A stretch of 45,553 bases of DNA, taken from contig PS015298.1 in NCBI GenBank assembly GCA_048213135.1, positions 71,761 through 117,313 on the forward strand. The letters are read 5' to 3'. Positions 1 through 22,585 of the stretch are shown here, one piece after another (position 1 is the stretch's first letter; each line of letters begins with the position of its first letter). A model generated the notes under the pieces. That model saw only the letters and a program-made list of their open reading frames with translations. It did no database searches and was not told where the DNA came from. Both the position numbers and the translations under genes were made by a program. This stretch comes from Reclinomonas americana ATCC 50394 (Eukaryota).

Positions 1-7
1 CGCAAAC

Positions 8-397
8 CTCCGACGCATCCGGCCTCTCCAAATCCCCCTCCGCCGGGTTCTCCGTAAACGTGTTATACACAAACGCCGTAAACGCCCGCATCTCCTCCGG
101 CGGGCAATCGTCGCCCGTAAACCTCTTGACAAACTCCATGAGACGCGCCCACGGTCCCTCGGCGTCCTTTTGCGCCTTGCGTGGCAACTGCCGCGAGTAC
201 TCCTTCCACGTAAACTGCGACGCAGCATCGCCGCCTGCTGCTCCATCGGGAGAGTACACACTGCTCGCCTGTTGCTGCTCGCGACGAGAGAGCTTCTTGC
301 GCAGCTTTTCTTGCAGAATAATGGCCTGCTTTTCGGGGTCGAATCGCTGCCCGCGCTCCGTGGTGAATGTGCGCAGCATGGCGGTGAGCCGCGGACT
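8..397 (-). CDS. Exon encoding an ASCC3/Slh1-like N-terminus, on the strand opposite to the rest of the gene
   Basis: 390-nt stop-free minus-strand exon bounded by ttcactttcacAG (400-398) and GTTTGCG (7-1); translates SPRLTAMLRTF...LQEKLRKKL...FTWKEYSRQL...LMEFVKRFTGDDCPPEEMRAFTAFVYNTF, resembling from memory the ASCC3 N-terminus (PRLTxxLR, TWK). Not in the ORF track because the frame runs off the window edge. Confidence 0.65.
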
Positions 398-1109
398 CTG
401 TGAAAGTGAAAAAAGGGAAAATGCATTGATTTGTATGAGGGAGCTAAATTGGGTGCCGGGAATGCATTGTTAGGTGAGAGAGAGGGNNNNNNNNNNNNNN
501 NNNNNNNNNNNNNNNNNNNNNNNNNNNNNNNNNNNNNNNNNNNNNNNNNNNNNNNNNNNNNNNNNNNNNNNNNNNNNNNNNNNNNNNNNNNNNNNNNNNN
601 NNNNNNNNNNNNNNNNNNNNNNNNNNNNNNNNNNNNNNNNNNNNNNNNNNNNNNNNNNNNNNNNNNNNNNNNNNNNNNNNNNNNNNNNNNNNNNNNNNNN
701 NNNNNNNNNNNNNNNNNNNNNNNNNNNNNNNNNNNNNNNNNNNNNNNNNNNNNNNNNNNNNNNNNNNNNNNNNNNNNNNNNNNNNNNNNNNNNNNNNNNN
801 NNNNNNNNNNNNNNNNNNNNNNNNNNNNNNNNNNNNNNNNNNNNNNNNNNNNNNNNNNNNNNNNNNNNNNNNNNNNNNNNNNNNNNNNNNNNNNNNNNNN
901 NNNNNNNNNNNNNNNNNNNNNNNNNNNNNNNNNNNNNNNNNNNNNNNNNNNNNNNNNNNNNNNNNNNNNNNNNNNNNNNNNNNNNNNNNNNNNNNNNNNT
1001 CCGAGCGACGGCGCACAATGGCCTGCGGTGGAAGCAAAGGGAAAGGAGGATGAGAAGGGGAGAGGAGAGAGAGAGAGATAAGAAGAAGAAGAAGAAACCC
1101 CAACACATG

Positions 1110-1470
1110 ATAACAGAGCGAGCAAGCGAAAACATGGAGCAAGCAACAAGGCGGAGCAAGCGACAGGGTGGAGCAAGTGACAGGGCGGAGCACGCGACAG
1201 GGTGGAGCAAGCGACAAAGAAGAGCAAGCGCAAAGATGGAGCACGCGACAGGGTGGAGCAGGCGACAGGGTGGAGCAGGCGACAGGGTGGAGCAGGCGAC
1301 AGGGTGGAGCAAGCGACAAGGTGGAGCAAGCGACAAGGTGGAGCAGGCGACAGGGTGGAGCAGGCGACAGGGTGGAGCAGGCGACAAGGTGGAGAAGGCA
1401 ACAGGGCGGAGCACAAGGAGAAACGCCAACATACGGCAACAGAGCGAGCAAGCGACACGGTGGAGCAAGA
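1110..1470. repeat. Minisatellite, ~17-bp unit GGGTGGAGCA(G/A)GCGACA
   Basis: Directly visible tandem copies, cleanest at 1250-1395, degenerate on both flanks; isolated between two N gaps. Confidence 0.9.
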
Positions 1471-2428
1471 GAAGCAAGACGCCTATCTTAATCTTCCCCC
1501 ATCCCTCTCTCATTCCTCTCTCTTTCCCAAAANNNNNNNNNNNNNNNNNNNNNNNNNNNNNNNNNNNNNNNNNNNNNNNNNNNNNNNNNNNNNNNNNNNN
1601 NNNNNNNNNNNNNNNNNNNNNNNNNNNNNNNNNNNNNNNNNNNNNNNNNNNNNNNNNNNNNNNNNNNNNNNNNNNNNNNNNNNNNNNNNNNNNNNNNNNN
1701 NNNNNNNNNNNNNNNNNNNNNNNNNNNNNNNNNNNNNNNNNNNNNNNNNNNNNNNNNNNNNNNNNNNNNNNNNNNNNNNNNNNNNNNNNNNNNNNNNNNN
1801 NNNNNNNNNNNNNNNNNNNNNNNNNNNNNNNNNNNNNNNNNNNNNNNNNNNNNNNNNNNNNNNNNNNNNNNNNNNNNNNNNNNNNNNNNNNNNNNNNNNN
1901 NNNNNNNNNNNNNNNNNNNNNNNNNNNNNNNNNNNNNNNNNNNNNNNNNNNNNNNNNNNNNNNNNNNNNNNNNNNNNNNNNNNNNNNNNNNNNNNNNNNN
2001 NNNNNNNNNNNNNNNNNNNNNNNNNNNNNNNNNNNNNNNNNNNNNNNNNNNNNNNNNNNNNNNNNNNNNNNNNNNNNNNNNNNNNNNNNNNNNNNNNNNN
2101 NNNNNNNNNNNNNNNNNNNNNNNNNNNNNNNNNNNNNNNNNNNNNNNNNNNNNNNNNNNNNNNNNNNNNNNNNNNNNNNNNNNNNNNNNNNNNNNNNNNN
2201 NNNNNNNNNNNNNNNNNNNNNNNNNNNNNNNNNNNNNNNNNNNNNNNNNNNNNNNNNNNNNNNNNNNNNNNNNNNNNNNNNNNNNNNNNNNNNNNNNNNN
2301 NNNNNNNNNNNNNNNNNNNNNNNNNNNNNNNNNNNNNNNNNNNNNNNNNNNNNNNNNNNNNNNNNNNNNNNNNNNNNNNNNNNNNNNNNNNNNNNNNNNN
2401 NNNNNNNNNNNNNNNNNNNNNNNNNNNT

Positions 2429-13995
<11,567 letters not shown>

Positions 13996-14289
13996 TTGAT
14001 TGGAGTGAGTGAGTGAAAGGGAATCGCATTGTGTCACGTGGCGTGTCCGCGCGCGCGAGGAGTTTCTTGTTGTCGTTGTTGTCTGTACGCGCGCGTACTG
14101 TGTGAGCTCTCATGTGCGGGTGTCGCTCGTCAACGAGTTGCGTGTGAGGATGATGGAGAGAGAGAGAGAGAGAGCCGATATCGTATTCGTTAACACCCAC
14201 TTGCTCTCACTCACTCTCACACAAGGAACACAAAGCACACAAGACACACAAGGCAGACGCTCGCTCATTCTCATACAGTCATTTTCTCA

Positions 14290-14690
14290 CTAACTCTCGT
14301 CACTCGCTCTCTTCTCACTCACTCTCTCTCTCTCTCACACTCTCTCGCTCACTCACTCACTCTCTCACTCACTCACTCACTCTCTCACTCACTCCCTCCC
14401 TCACTCACTCGCTCTCTCTCTCTCTGTCTTCTCTCTCTGTGTCTTCTCTCTCTCACTCACTCACTCACTCACTCACTCACTCCCTCTCTCACTCTCTCGC
14501 TCACTCACTCACTCTCTCACTCACTCTCTCACACACTCACTCACTCACTCACTCACTCACTCTCTCTCTCTCTCACTCACTCACACACTCCTTCTCTCAC
14601 TCACTCACTCACTCACTCACTCACTCTCTCTCTCTCTCACTCACTCACTCACTCACTCACTCCCTCCCTTCCCTCTCCACTCTCTCCTTC
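14290..14690. repeat. (CTCA)n/(CT)n microsatellite forming an extended polypyrimidine tract
   Basis: Visible CACT/CT repeats ending at acceptor ttaacAG (14697). Confidence 0.9.
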
Positions 14691-14697
14691 TTAACAG

Positions 14698-17600
14698 TCG
14701 TGCGCGACGCACCTCCTGGACCGACCTCAGCTGCCTCCTCCTCTGCTGGTGCCTCTGCTGCCGCTGCTGCTCCGGCTCGACATCGACCGGTGTTTGGCGA
14801 GCCGCTTTCGTCGGTGTTGCAGAGGGATTATGGACCGGCGGCGAGTCGTGGATGGCTCATTCCGCGCTTCATTGTGGAGGTGGTGACGGCGTTGGAGAAG
14901 GGAGGAGGTGATTATGGGGAGGGGCAAGGGCAAGGGCAAGGGAGGAGAAGAGAGAGTGTGAAGGAGCAGAGGTGGGCGAAGAGAAGAGAGAGTGGGAGGG
15001 TAAAGAGACAGACGCGAGAGCGCCTTCGTTTTCAGTGGAGGCAGAGACAGGGAACGCGTGAGAAGATGAAGGCGGAGGAGTAGAGGCGGATGAAGAGAAG
15101 AGAGACTGGGAGAAAGCGGAAGGGAAGCGAGCGAAGAGGAGCGAATGAGAGAACGATGGTAGGGAGGGCATGAGAGACCAACACAAGAGCGCCTTCGTTT
15201 TCAGTGCAGGGCAGGACAGAGAGCGCGTGAGAGGATGAAGAAGAGGAACAGAGGCGGGTGAAGAGACTGGAGAGGAGCAGAGTCGGAAAATGAAAAGTGA
15301 GATTGGGAGAAAGCGGGAGGGAGGTGAGCGAAGAGGAGCGAATGAGAGAACGATGGATCGGGGCAGGGAGGGCATGAGAGACCAAACACTAGAGCGCCTT
15401 CGTTTTCAGAGGAGAGCAGACGCATGTAGCGCGTGAGAGGGTGAAGAAGAGGAACAGAGGTGGATGAAGAGAAGAGACTGGGAGAAAGCAGGAGACAGGT
15501 GAGCGAACAGAAGCGAAAGAGAGCACAAGGGATCGCGGCAAGGAGGGCATGAAAGAGACCGGCACAAGAGCGCCTTCGTGTTCAACGGCTGGTATAAACA
15601 GGGAGCGCATGAGAGAATGAGGGATGAGAAAGAGGAGAGTCAGAGACGGACATCGCTGACAGTGTGTTGTCGTGTCTAGCTCTCTCTCCTCGCTGGCTTG
15701 CGTCTCTCTCTCTGTCTGTCTCTTTCTCTCTCACCCTCCAGTACTCTGCTACCCTCCGCTGAAAACGGAAGGCGCTCTGCTCTTGTGTCGGTCTCTTTCA
15801 TGCCTCTTTGCCACGATCCATCGTTCTCTCATTCGCTCCTAGCTAAGAGGAATGATAGAGTGATCGACGTGGCAGACAGCGTTTCTGGCGTGTCTCTGGA
15901 TGGGAGTGAGCTCACTCTCATTCTCTCTTATTCTCTCGCAGAATGTCGCCCACTCTGTCGCCGTGTCCTTCTTTCTCTTCCTTGCTCATTCGCTTCTTGT
16001 GATCCAGAAAGAGATTAGACCACAACGCACTTTTCTCTTCTTTCCTCCCCTTTCCCTCTCCCTCACCCTTCCCCTCCATCCCCAGGCCTCCGCACAGAGG
16101 GCATCTTCCGCGTGCCACCCGCCATTCGCGATCGCGATCGCCTCAAGGCCGAGATCGAGGACGGCCGTCCGGTGACCTTCCTCGGCCAAGATGAGCACAC
16201 GCTGGCTGGCATCTTGAAGCACTACGCCGCCTCGTTGCCGACGATGCTGCTTGGCGAAGGCACCGATGCTCGTGGCTGGATCGAGTGGGCCGACCGGTGG
16301 GACGCTGCGGCGCACAATCCGTCGGTGCGGAACGGCTTGATGGAGGAGGCCCGCTCGCGCCTGCGCGGTATGCGACCACCGGAGCAGAGCCTGCTGGTTC
16401 TCATTTTGCACACGGCACAACGCGTCGTCGACAATACGTACACCACGCGCCTGAATGTGGCCACCGTGTCGGGTTGTCTGCGCCAGTGCCTGCTCGATGT
16501 GCCTCTCGACGATGTCAGCCGACCACCAGGAGGTATCTCCTTGGTTCTCCTTTCCTTTCTCTTCCCCCACCTTTACTCACTTCTCTTCAATCGACAGATC
16601 TCGACTCGATGCGACACGCCGCGGCGGTCTCCAAACGCGCTGCGCGCGTGGTGGAGATCCTCGTGGAGATGGAGCCGTACATTTTCCGAGAGGCCAATGC
16701 GCAGCTGGACGAGGTGTTGCGTGCGTGCTTTGGCGACGCGTACATGGAGCGCGTGCGCGAGAGGCGGGCGCAAATTGAGGAGCAAGNNNNNNNNNNNNNN
16801 NNNNNNTGGTGCGCTCCGCGCAAGTTCGTGGTGGCTCCGAGGGCCTGGTGACGGTCGCCCAGAAGGGCACGCCCTCACGCGTGGCCAACGAGGTCGGTGG
16901 GTCGTCGCCCGCCCCGGCCCCGCCAACTGCGTCGTCGATGCAGGGCGAGGAGGAGTTGATAATGGAGGCTCCAGTGGTGAGTCCTGCATAGTGTGCGCCG
17001 TTGTGTTGCTGCCGCGAGGACTCACATTCTCGGCTGCAGTCGAGTGCGCAAATGGAGGAGTTGCGTGCGCTGGTGCAGCAGGTGCAGGACGAGCATGCGA
17101 CGAGCTTGGAGCGGCTGACCACGGTGCTGGAGAGTGAGCGCGCCCATCACGCCGAGTCGGAGCGCCTGTTGCATGAGCGACTGACACTGGAGTTGGAGCA
17201 CGTGCGGCAGGAGACAGTGTCGGAGTTGGAGTTGTTGCGCACAGAGGTATGCAACAACAACAATAACGTCGCCGGCCTCGATTTCAATGTTCCTCCTGAC
17301 CCTCTTGCTTCGTGCACAAAAGATTCGCGACTCGGTACGCCGACTGGAGGACGAGCAGCAGCGACAGGGCACGGCGCTCATGTCGCTGACTCGCGACGAC
17401 ACGGATGCGATGGAGCGATTGACGCGCAGCCAGGATACACTGTCGGAGGAGATTCAGCTGTTGTGGCGGCGGTTGGGCGATGCCGAGGCCGCGGTGGTCA
17501 CGCTCACTGAATCGCACCGGCGCACGCGCGATTTGAACGATCTCAAGATCTCCGCGCCACCGGGTGTGGACTACGAGGCGGCGCGAAAGCTGCAACAGCG

Positions 17601-18081
17601 GGTGGTATCGTTGGAGGATGAGGTCGAGCGCAGTCAGCTGGCCAACAAGCAGTTGCAGCATGAGGTGCGCTCGCTGCGTGAGCGGGCCGAGGATCGCGTG
17701 AATCGCGTCTCTCAGCTGCAGCAGACGCACCAGGCGTCCATGTCGGCCGGCAGTGCGGCCGGCAACGACGTCGAGATGCTGCAGTTCCCCAGTGCCACCG
17801 TCAACAAGGCGGTGTCGCCTGTGGCAGTACCGGTGTCGGTGCGATCGCAGAGCGGCTCTGCCGGTGCGTCGCGCCCCACCACGCTGCCCGCGAGTCTGGC
17901 CAAGCCGGCCATGTACGCCACTGTCGACGCGGATCGCACGCTGGCCGGCCCGACGGCAGCGGCGACTCTTTATGTGCCCGCCCCGCCGCGACGGGCGCCA
18001 CCAACTGTGCCGTCGACTCGGGGGACTGGCGCACGCCCGCAGTCCACCACTCTTGGTCGCACTTTCAATGGGCGAGTGTAG
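14698..18081 (+). CDS. RhoGAP domain plus coiled coil and low-complexity tail; no own start codon found
   Basis: VFGEPLSSVL...IPRFIVEVVTALEKGG|GLRTEGIFRVPP (arginine finger; intron 14908-16085), HTLAGILKHYAASLP, RLNVATVSGCL, MEPYIF; then E/L/R/Q-rich heptads (17020-17730); stop at 18079-18081. Confidence 0.85.
15015..15845. repeat. Intronic ~170-200 bp degenerate tandem repeat (4 copies) plus one inverted copy
   Basis: GAGCGCCTTCGT(T/G)TTCA at ~15018, 15187, 15392, 15568; reverse-orientation copy TGAAAACGGAAGGCGCTC...CCATCGTTCTCTCATTCGCTCCT at ~15760-15840. Confidence 0.8.
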
Positions 18082-18120
18082 TATGTGTGTGTCTGTTTGT
18101 GTGCACTCGGTTTTTTTATT

Positions 18121-21100
18121 TTATTGGTCTTGTTCGAGAGCGTAGTGTGCCGCAGCGCGTGTTAGCATTTTGACCTCGACCGCCTCCTTCGCCTCCCGTC
18201 GCTCGTCGTCGTCCACTGCCAGACCGTCCTGCGAAGAGCAAAGCGATGATGATTTTAGAGGAGAAGAGGATGAAAGAGAGGTAAGGCGACAACACGCACA
18301 ATGGTCAGCAGCAGCATGCCTGGTGACACGGCCACGTTCACGGTGCCGCACAACTCCACCAAGAGTGCGACGCGCTCCATGTCGGTCTCATTGTCTGCAG
18401 ATTGCAAGTTGTCAGCTGAGAGATGAGAGAGAGCGAGAAAAAAAGAGAGAACGGGCGACCGCACCCGATACGTCGAGATGACGCAGTGCCGGGCAGTTGT
18501 GCAGGTGACCGGCCTCCAGCGGCAGATTGAGACGGTTGCCCGACAGATCCAGTGTGTGCAGGCGCTCGAGGCGTACTTGCGAAAAGGCCTCTAGCGAAAC
18601 GAGTCTGTTGTTGGCGAGTACCAAGTGCTCGACGGTGCGGAACCCCTCGAGACCCGACACGGCGTCCACGTCGTTTCCACTCTGCGTGAGGCGATGAGGG
18701 GCTGAAGAGCAAAGCATGAAAATAGTGCTCTCCACGCAACGAATGACAGGCAGCGGATGCATGGCAACTGGAGGCCGTCCATGGAGGTCAGCACGTTGCG
18801 ACCGAGGTCCAGATGAGTCAGTGCGGGGAAGCCACTCGTGTCGAGCAGCTGGATCTTGTTTTCTGTGTCGCAGAAAAGCAGGGCGTGAGTGACGATGAAA
18901 AAGAACCATTGCGACGGCCACGAGAAGCGAAACTCGTCAGCAGCAGTGTCGTCAACTGCACGCAGTGCGAGAATCGACCGCGCAGCACACGCGCCGAGTT
19001 CTCCGACAGATCCACATACTGAATGGCCGGCGACGATAGCAGCCGAGCAAAGTTGCGCACAATATTCTTGCGCGCCACCAATGTGCGCAACCGCGGCAGT
19101 GCGGCAACCAGCACATCCACATCCGCAATGGCGTTGTAGGAGATGTCGACGTGCTGTAGGGTGGTGAAGCGGGTGGCTTCACTGCAGTCGAGCAGGCTCC
19201 GATTCTGGTGGTGTCGCGCCTGGTCAGCACGACATGCAATGGGCCTGCAACTTCTATTGCACGGACGCAACTGGCACATCCAGATGTGTGAAACCAAACG
19301 TCGTGCCGTCACGCGGCAGCGACTCCATGTTCCCCAGACCACTGGTGATTAGAGCGCGCGTGCTGTGCACTCCCTCCGGGTGGTCCTCCAACACGCACTG
19401 CTGCATGATGGGCAGCAGATCCTCCATGGTCTGGCCGGGCGCCGGGTCGGCCGCCACGTGCAGTCGCCACGAGCCGTCGGCATTCTCGTGGTACAGCTTG
19501 AACAGCAGCATGCCTGTGTGCGAGCCGGTGGAGCCAAAGTGCAGCCGATGCAGGACCTTGCCGTCGGGTCGGATCACGCGCACGCGTGCCGATTCGATGA
19601 AAGTGAAGGGCTGGGGAGGGCAAAAGGAATGGGAGAAGGGAGGGCAAAAGTGGGCAAAGGGGAAGAGGGCAGAGGGGACCAAGGAGGAAATGGAGTGCGA
19701 GGGCAAAGGGAGGCGATAAGCAAAGAGGGGAGTGGGATAACGGGGCGGCGGAATGAGAAGGCAAGGAGTTGGCAGGCAGAGTGGGTCACGGAGAAAAGAG
19801 CAACGGAGCAGATGATGAGGTTCGTGGCATTTGGGCGGCAGAATGAGAAGGCAAGGAGCAGTGTGCAGAGGAGGGCAGGTCAGAGAAACGGGGAGCGACT
19901 GTGAGGAACGTGGTATGAGAGCGGCAGAATGAGAAGGAAGAAGTTGTGGGATCAAATAGGTACAAGAGCAACGAGGAACAGACAGTAAGGTAAGGGTGGT
20001 GGAATGAGAAGGCAAGGAGCAGTGAAGAGGAGGGCAGCCATGGTGGGGTCAATAAAGAAAGAGCAACGAGCAGCTCACGGTGAGGTGCATGGTATAAGGG
20101 CGGCGGAATGAGAAGGCATGGAGCAGGTTGAATATGAGCGCAGACTCGGCAGGCAGGGGGTCAACAGAAAAGAGCAACGAGGAATAAACGGCGAGGTGCG
20201 TGGAATGAGGGCGGCGGAATGAGAAGGCAAGGAACAACGTGAAGAGGAGGGCAGACTTGGCAGGCATTATGGGTCAAGGGGGAAAGAGCAACGAGTAAAC
20301 GGTGAGGAGCGTGGTATGAGGGCGCCAGAATGGGAAGGTAAGAAGTTGTGGGATCAAATAGGTACAAGAGCAACGAGGAACAGACAGTGAGGTAACAGTG
20401 GCGGAATGAGAAGGCATGGGGCAGCGCGAAGATGTGAACAGGCATTGTGGGTCAAGGGGAATGAGCAAACGGTGAGGCGAGTGCAGGAACGATGAAGGCA
20501 GTGACTCGGGGCAGGGAAACATAAAGGCAACGAGCAAATGAACGGCTGCTTCTCCCCCCACACCGCACCGTGCCACTGAACGAATTGAGAATGAGAATAA
20601 TGGCAAACGTCTCCTCCGGCAGCTCTGCAAACGTCACCGTAATCGTCTCATCATCCTCCTCCCCGTCGCCCTCCTCCCCATCCTCGCCCTCAACACCACC
20701 GGTGCGCGAGTCGCCCGAGTGCTGAATGCCACCGAGTTTCGACTTGAGCTGGTTGAACCAGACCGCGTCCAGTGGCTCACCGCGACGATTGAAGGTGCAC
20801 GCGGAGGCGTCCAAGTCCAGCGGATCAATGCCCGGAACAGTGACCCAGCTGGTGCCAAAGTGCTGAAAAGGAAAAGGGGTTTGAGGCAGAGGGCGAAGGG
20901 CGAAGGGAGAACACAGTGCATGTGAAAGGGAGAAGAGAGATCAACACTCTCCTTCGTCCCTTCTGATCACGCTTTCCGCACTTACTCCCTCTCTGTCTCT
21001 CTCTTCTCTCTTCTCTCTCTCTCTGTGTGTGTGTGTGGATGTGTGTGTGTGTGAAAGGAAAAGGATACAGATAGGAAGAATGAATGAGACAAGAGCGCTC

Positions 21101-21542
21101 CCTCATCCCCTCTGATCTTGCTTCCAGCGCTCACTCCCTTCCTGTCTCTCTCTCTCTCTCTCTTATCTCTTCTCTCTCTCTCTCTCTCTCTCTCTGAGTG
21201 TGAGTGTGTGCGTGTTGTTATCTGTCACACCTTGTTTTCCACTCTCTTCTCTATGTTCTCTCTCTTCTCCTCCCTTCTCCCTCTTCACTCCCTTCTCCTC
21301 CCTCCCTCTCTCCCTCCCTCCCTCCCTCCCTCTCTCACCAACTGCGGATGAGCAATCGATATCGAATCACCCGGCTCCAAGTGCGCCTCCTTGCTTCCGG
21401 CACTGGCACTGGTCGCCGCCGACGACACGCGTACTCTGGCAGAGGTGGGACGCGACACTGCTGGAGAGACGGCAGCAGAGCCGGCGCGCAAGAGAGCGCC
21501 AGTTTCGGTGACTTTGAGGAACTGATCTGCGCTGATATCCAT
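18121..21542 (-). CDS. TerD/TerZ-like domain fused to SDS22/LRRC23-like leucine-rich repeats with an LRRcap-like end
   Basis: ATG 21542; L|HFGTSW...DLDASACTF...DAVWFNQL...IQHSGDSRTG...DDETITV...LNSFSGT|PFTFIESA...TGMLLFKLY...WRL (TerD signature), then LQHVDISYNAI, LRTLVARKNIV, IQYVDLSENS, VEHLVLANNRL, LHTLDLSGNRL, and LLTI|DGLAVDDDERREA. Confidence 0.85.
19720..20520. repeat. Degenerate tandem repeat filling the long intron of the TerD-LRR gene
   Basis: About eight recurrences of GAATGAGAAGG(CAAGGA) alternating with AAGAGCAACGAG; near-identical GAAGTTGTGGGATCAAATAGGTACAAGAGCAACGAGGAACAGACAGT at ~19940 and ~20342. Confidence 0.8.
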
Positions 21543-22200
21543 CGCAATAGAGGGAGCTGTCTGTCCTGTGGCGCTTGTCTGCAGCAACTAGAAGCACCTC
21601 TGGGTGTGAGCGATCTTAGCGTGCTTGAATACAAGGAGTTCCCGCAGTAATTATTTTCCGATATCGGTCGACGTCAACTTCGAATTCGATCGACTGGTTT
21701 TTTTGGAACCCTTTCCTCGCGCATGATTGGTCCTGTGGCGCTCGTGCATCGGGTCCGGAAGGTGTCCACAGTCGCTCAGTTCACCAGCCTGCCGCATATG
21801 CATGCCGAAACTCCAGCGTGCGAGGTCGACATTCGTGATATCGATCGAATTCAATCGTTTGCATATGCATGCGCAGTTGATCGGCCATGGCTTTGCCTTC
21901 TGAAAGGGAAGATGACTGCTGGAGAAGAGGAACTATTGTTGGTGTGCCTAGGTCATTGTCGGCGAGGGATTGGTTGACATCCGTCGCATGCGCATTCGCT
22001 GCGCATTGTGGTGAATGAAGTGTTTTAAATTTGTTTCATTCGATTCACTGTTAAATCCCTCAGAAGTAGTGTCGTCGTTGCTGCAACTAGCAAGCTTCTA
22101 CGGACCTGGATCACGGCCGTTCAGAAGCTTCTCGACAACTTGTGAACCGTCCTGGAGGATTGTCCACACCCAATCAATCAATCGTCACAGGAGCGCGGGG

Positions 22201-22541
22201 ATGGCGTCCAGTGGCGTCCCTCCACACTCCTCCTCCTCCTCTTCTTCCTCCTCTGTGGATGGGACTGCCCTTCATCAACAACAGCAACAACAACAACAAC
22301 AGGGATTTGTGAGCATGTTTAGTGACACGCCGACGATTCCCGATGTGCCGACGCCCTTTGCCGCTGTCGGGCCCATGAACCCGTTCCTGCATCCTCATCT
22401 GCATCCTCATCTGCACCATCACATACCGTCGAGTGTACATGTTGGTGAGGAAGAGAGAAGAGTGAGACAAGAGAGAAGAGAGAAGAGCGGAGAGAGGAGC
22501 GAGAGTTCTAAGCATCAAACACACACACGCATGCTCCTCGT

Positions 22542-22585
<44 letters not shown>

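Noticed and set aside
1110-1470. Repeat array as CRISPR or repeat-protein gene
   Set aside because: Head-to-tail 17-mers with no unique spacers, unit not a multiple of three, eukaryotic context.
21543-22200. ncRNA or small gene in the divergent intergenic region
   Set aside because: No recognisable RNA structure or coding signal; short palindromes only, probably promoter sequence.
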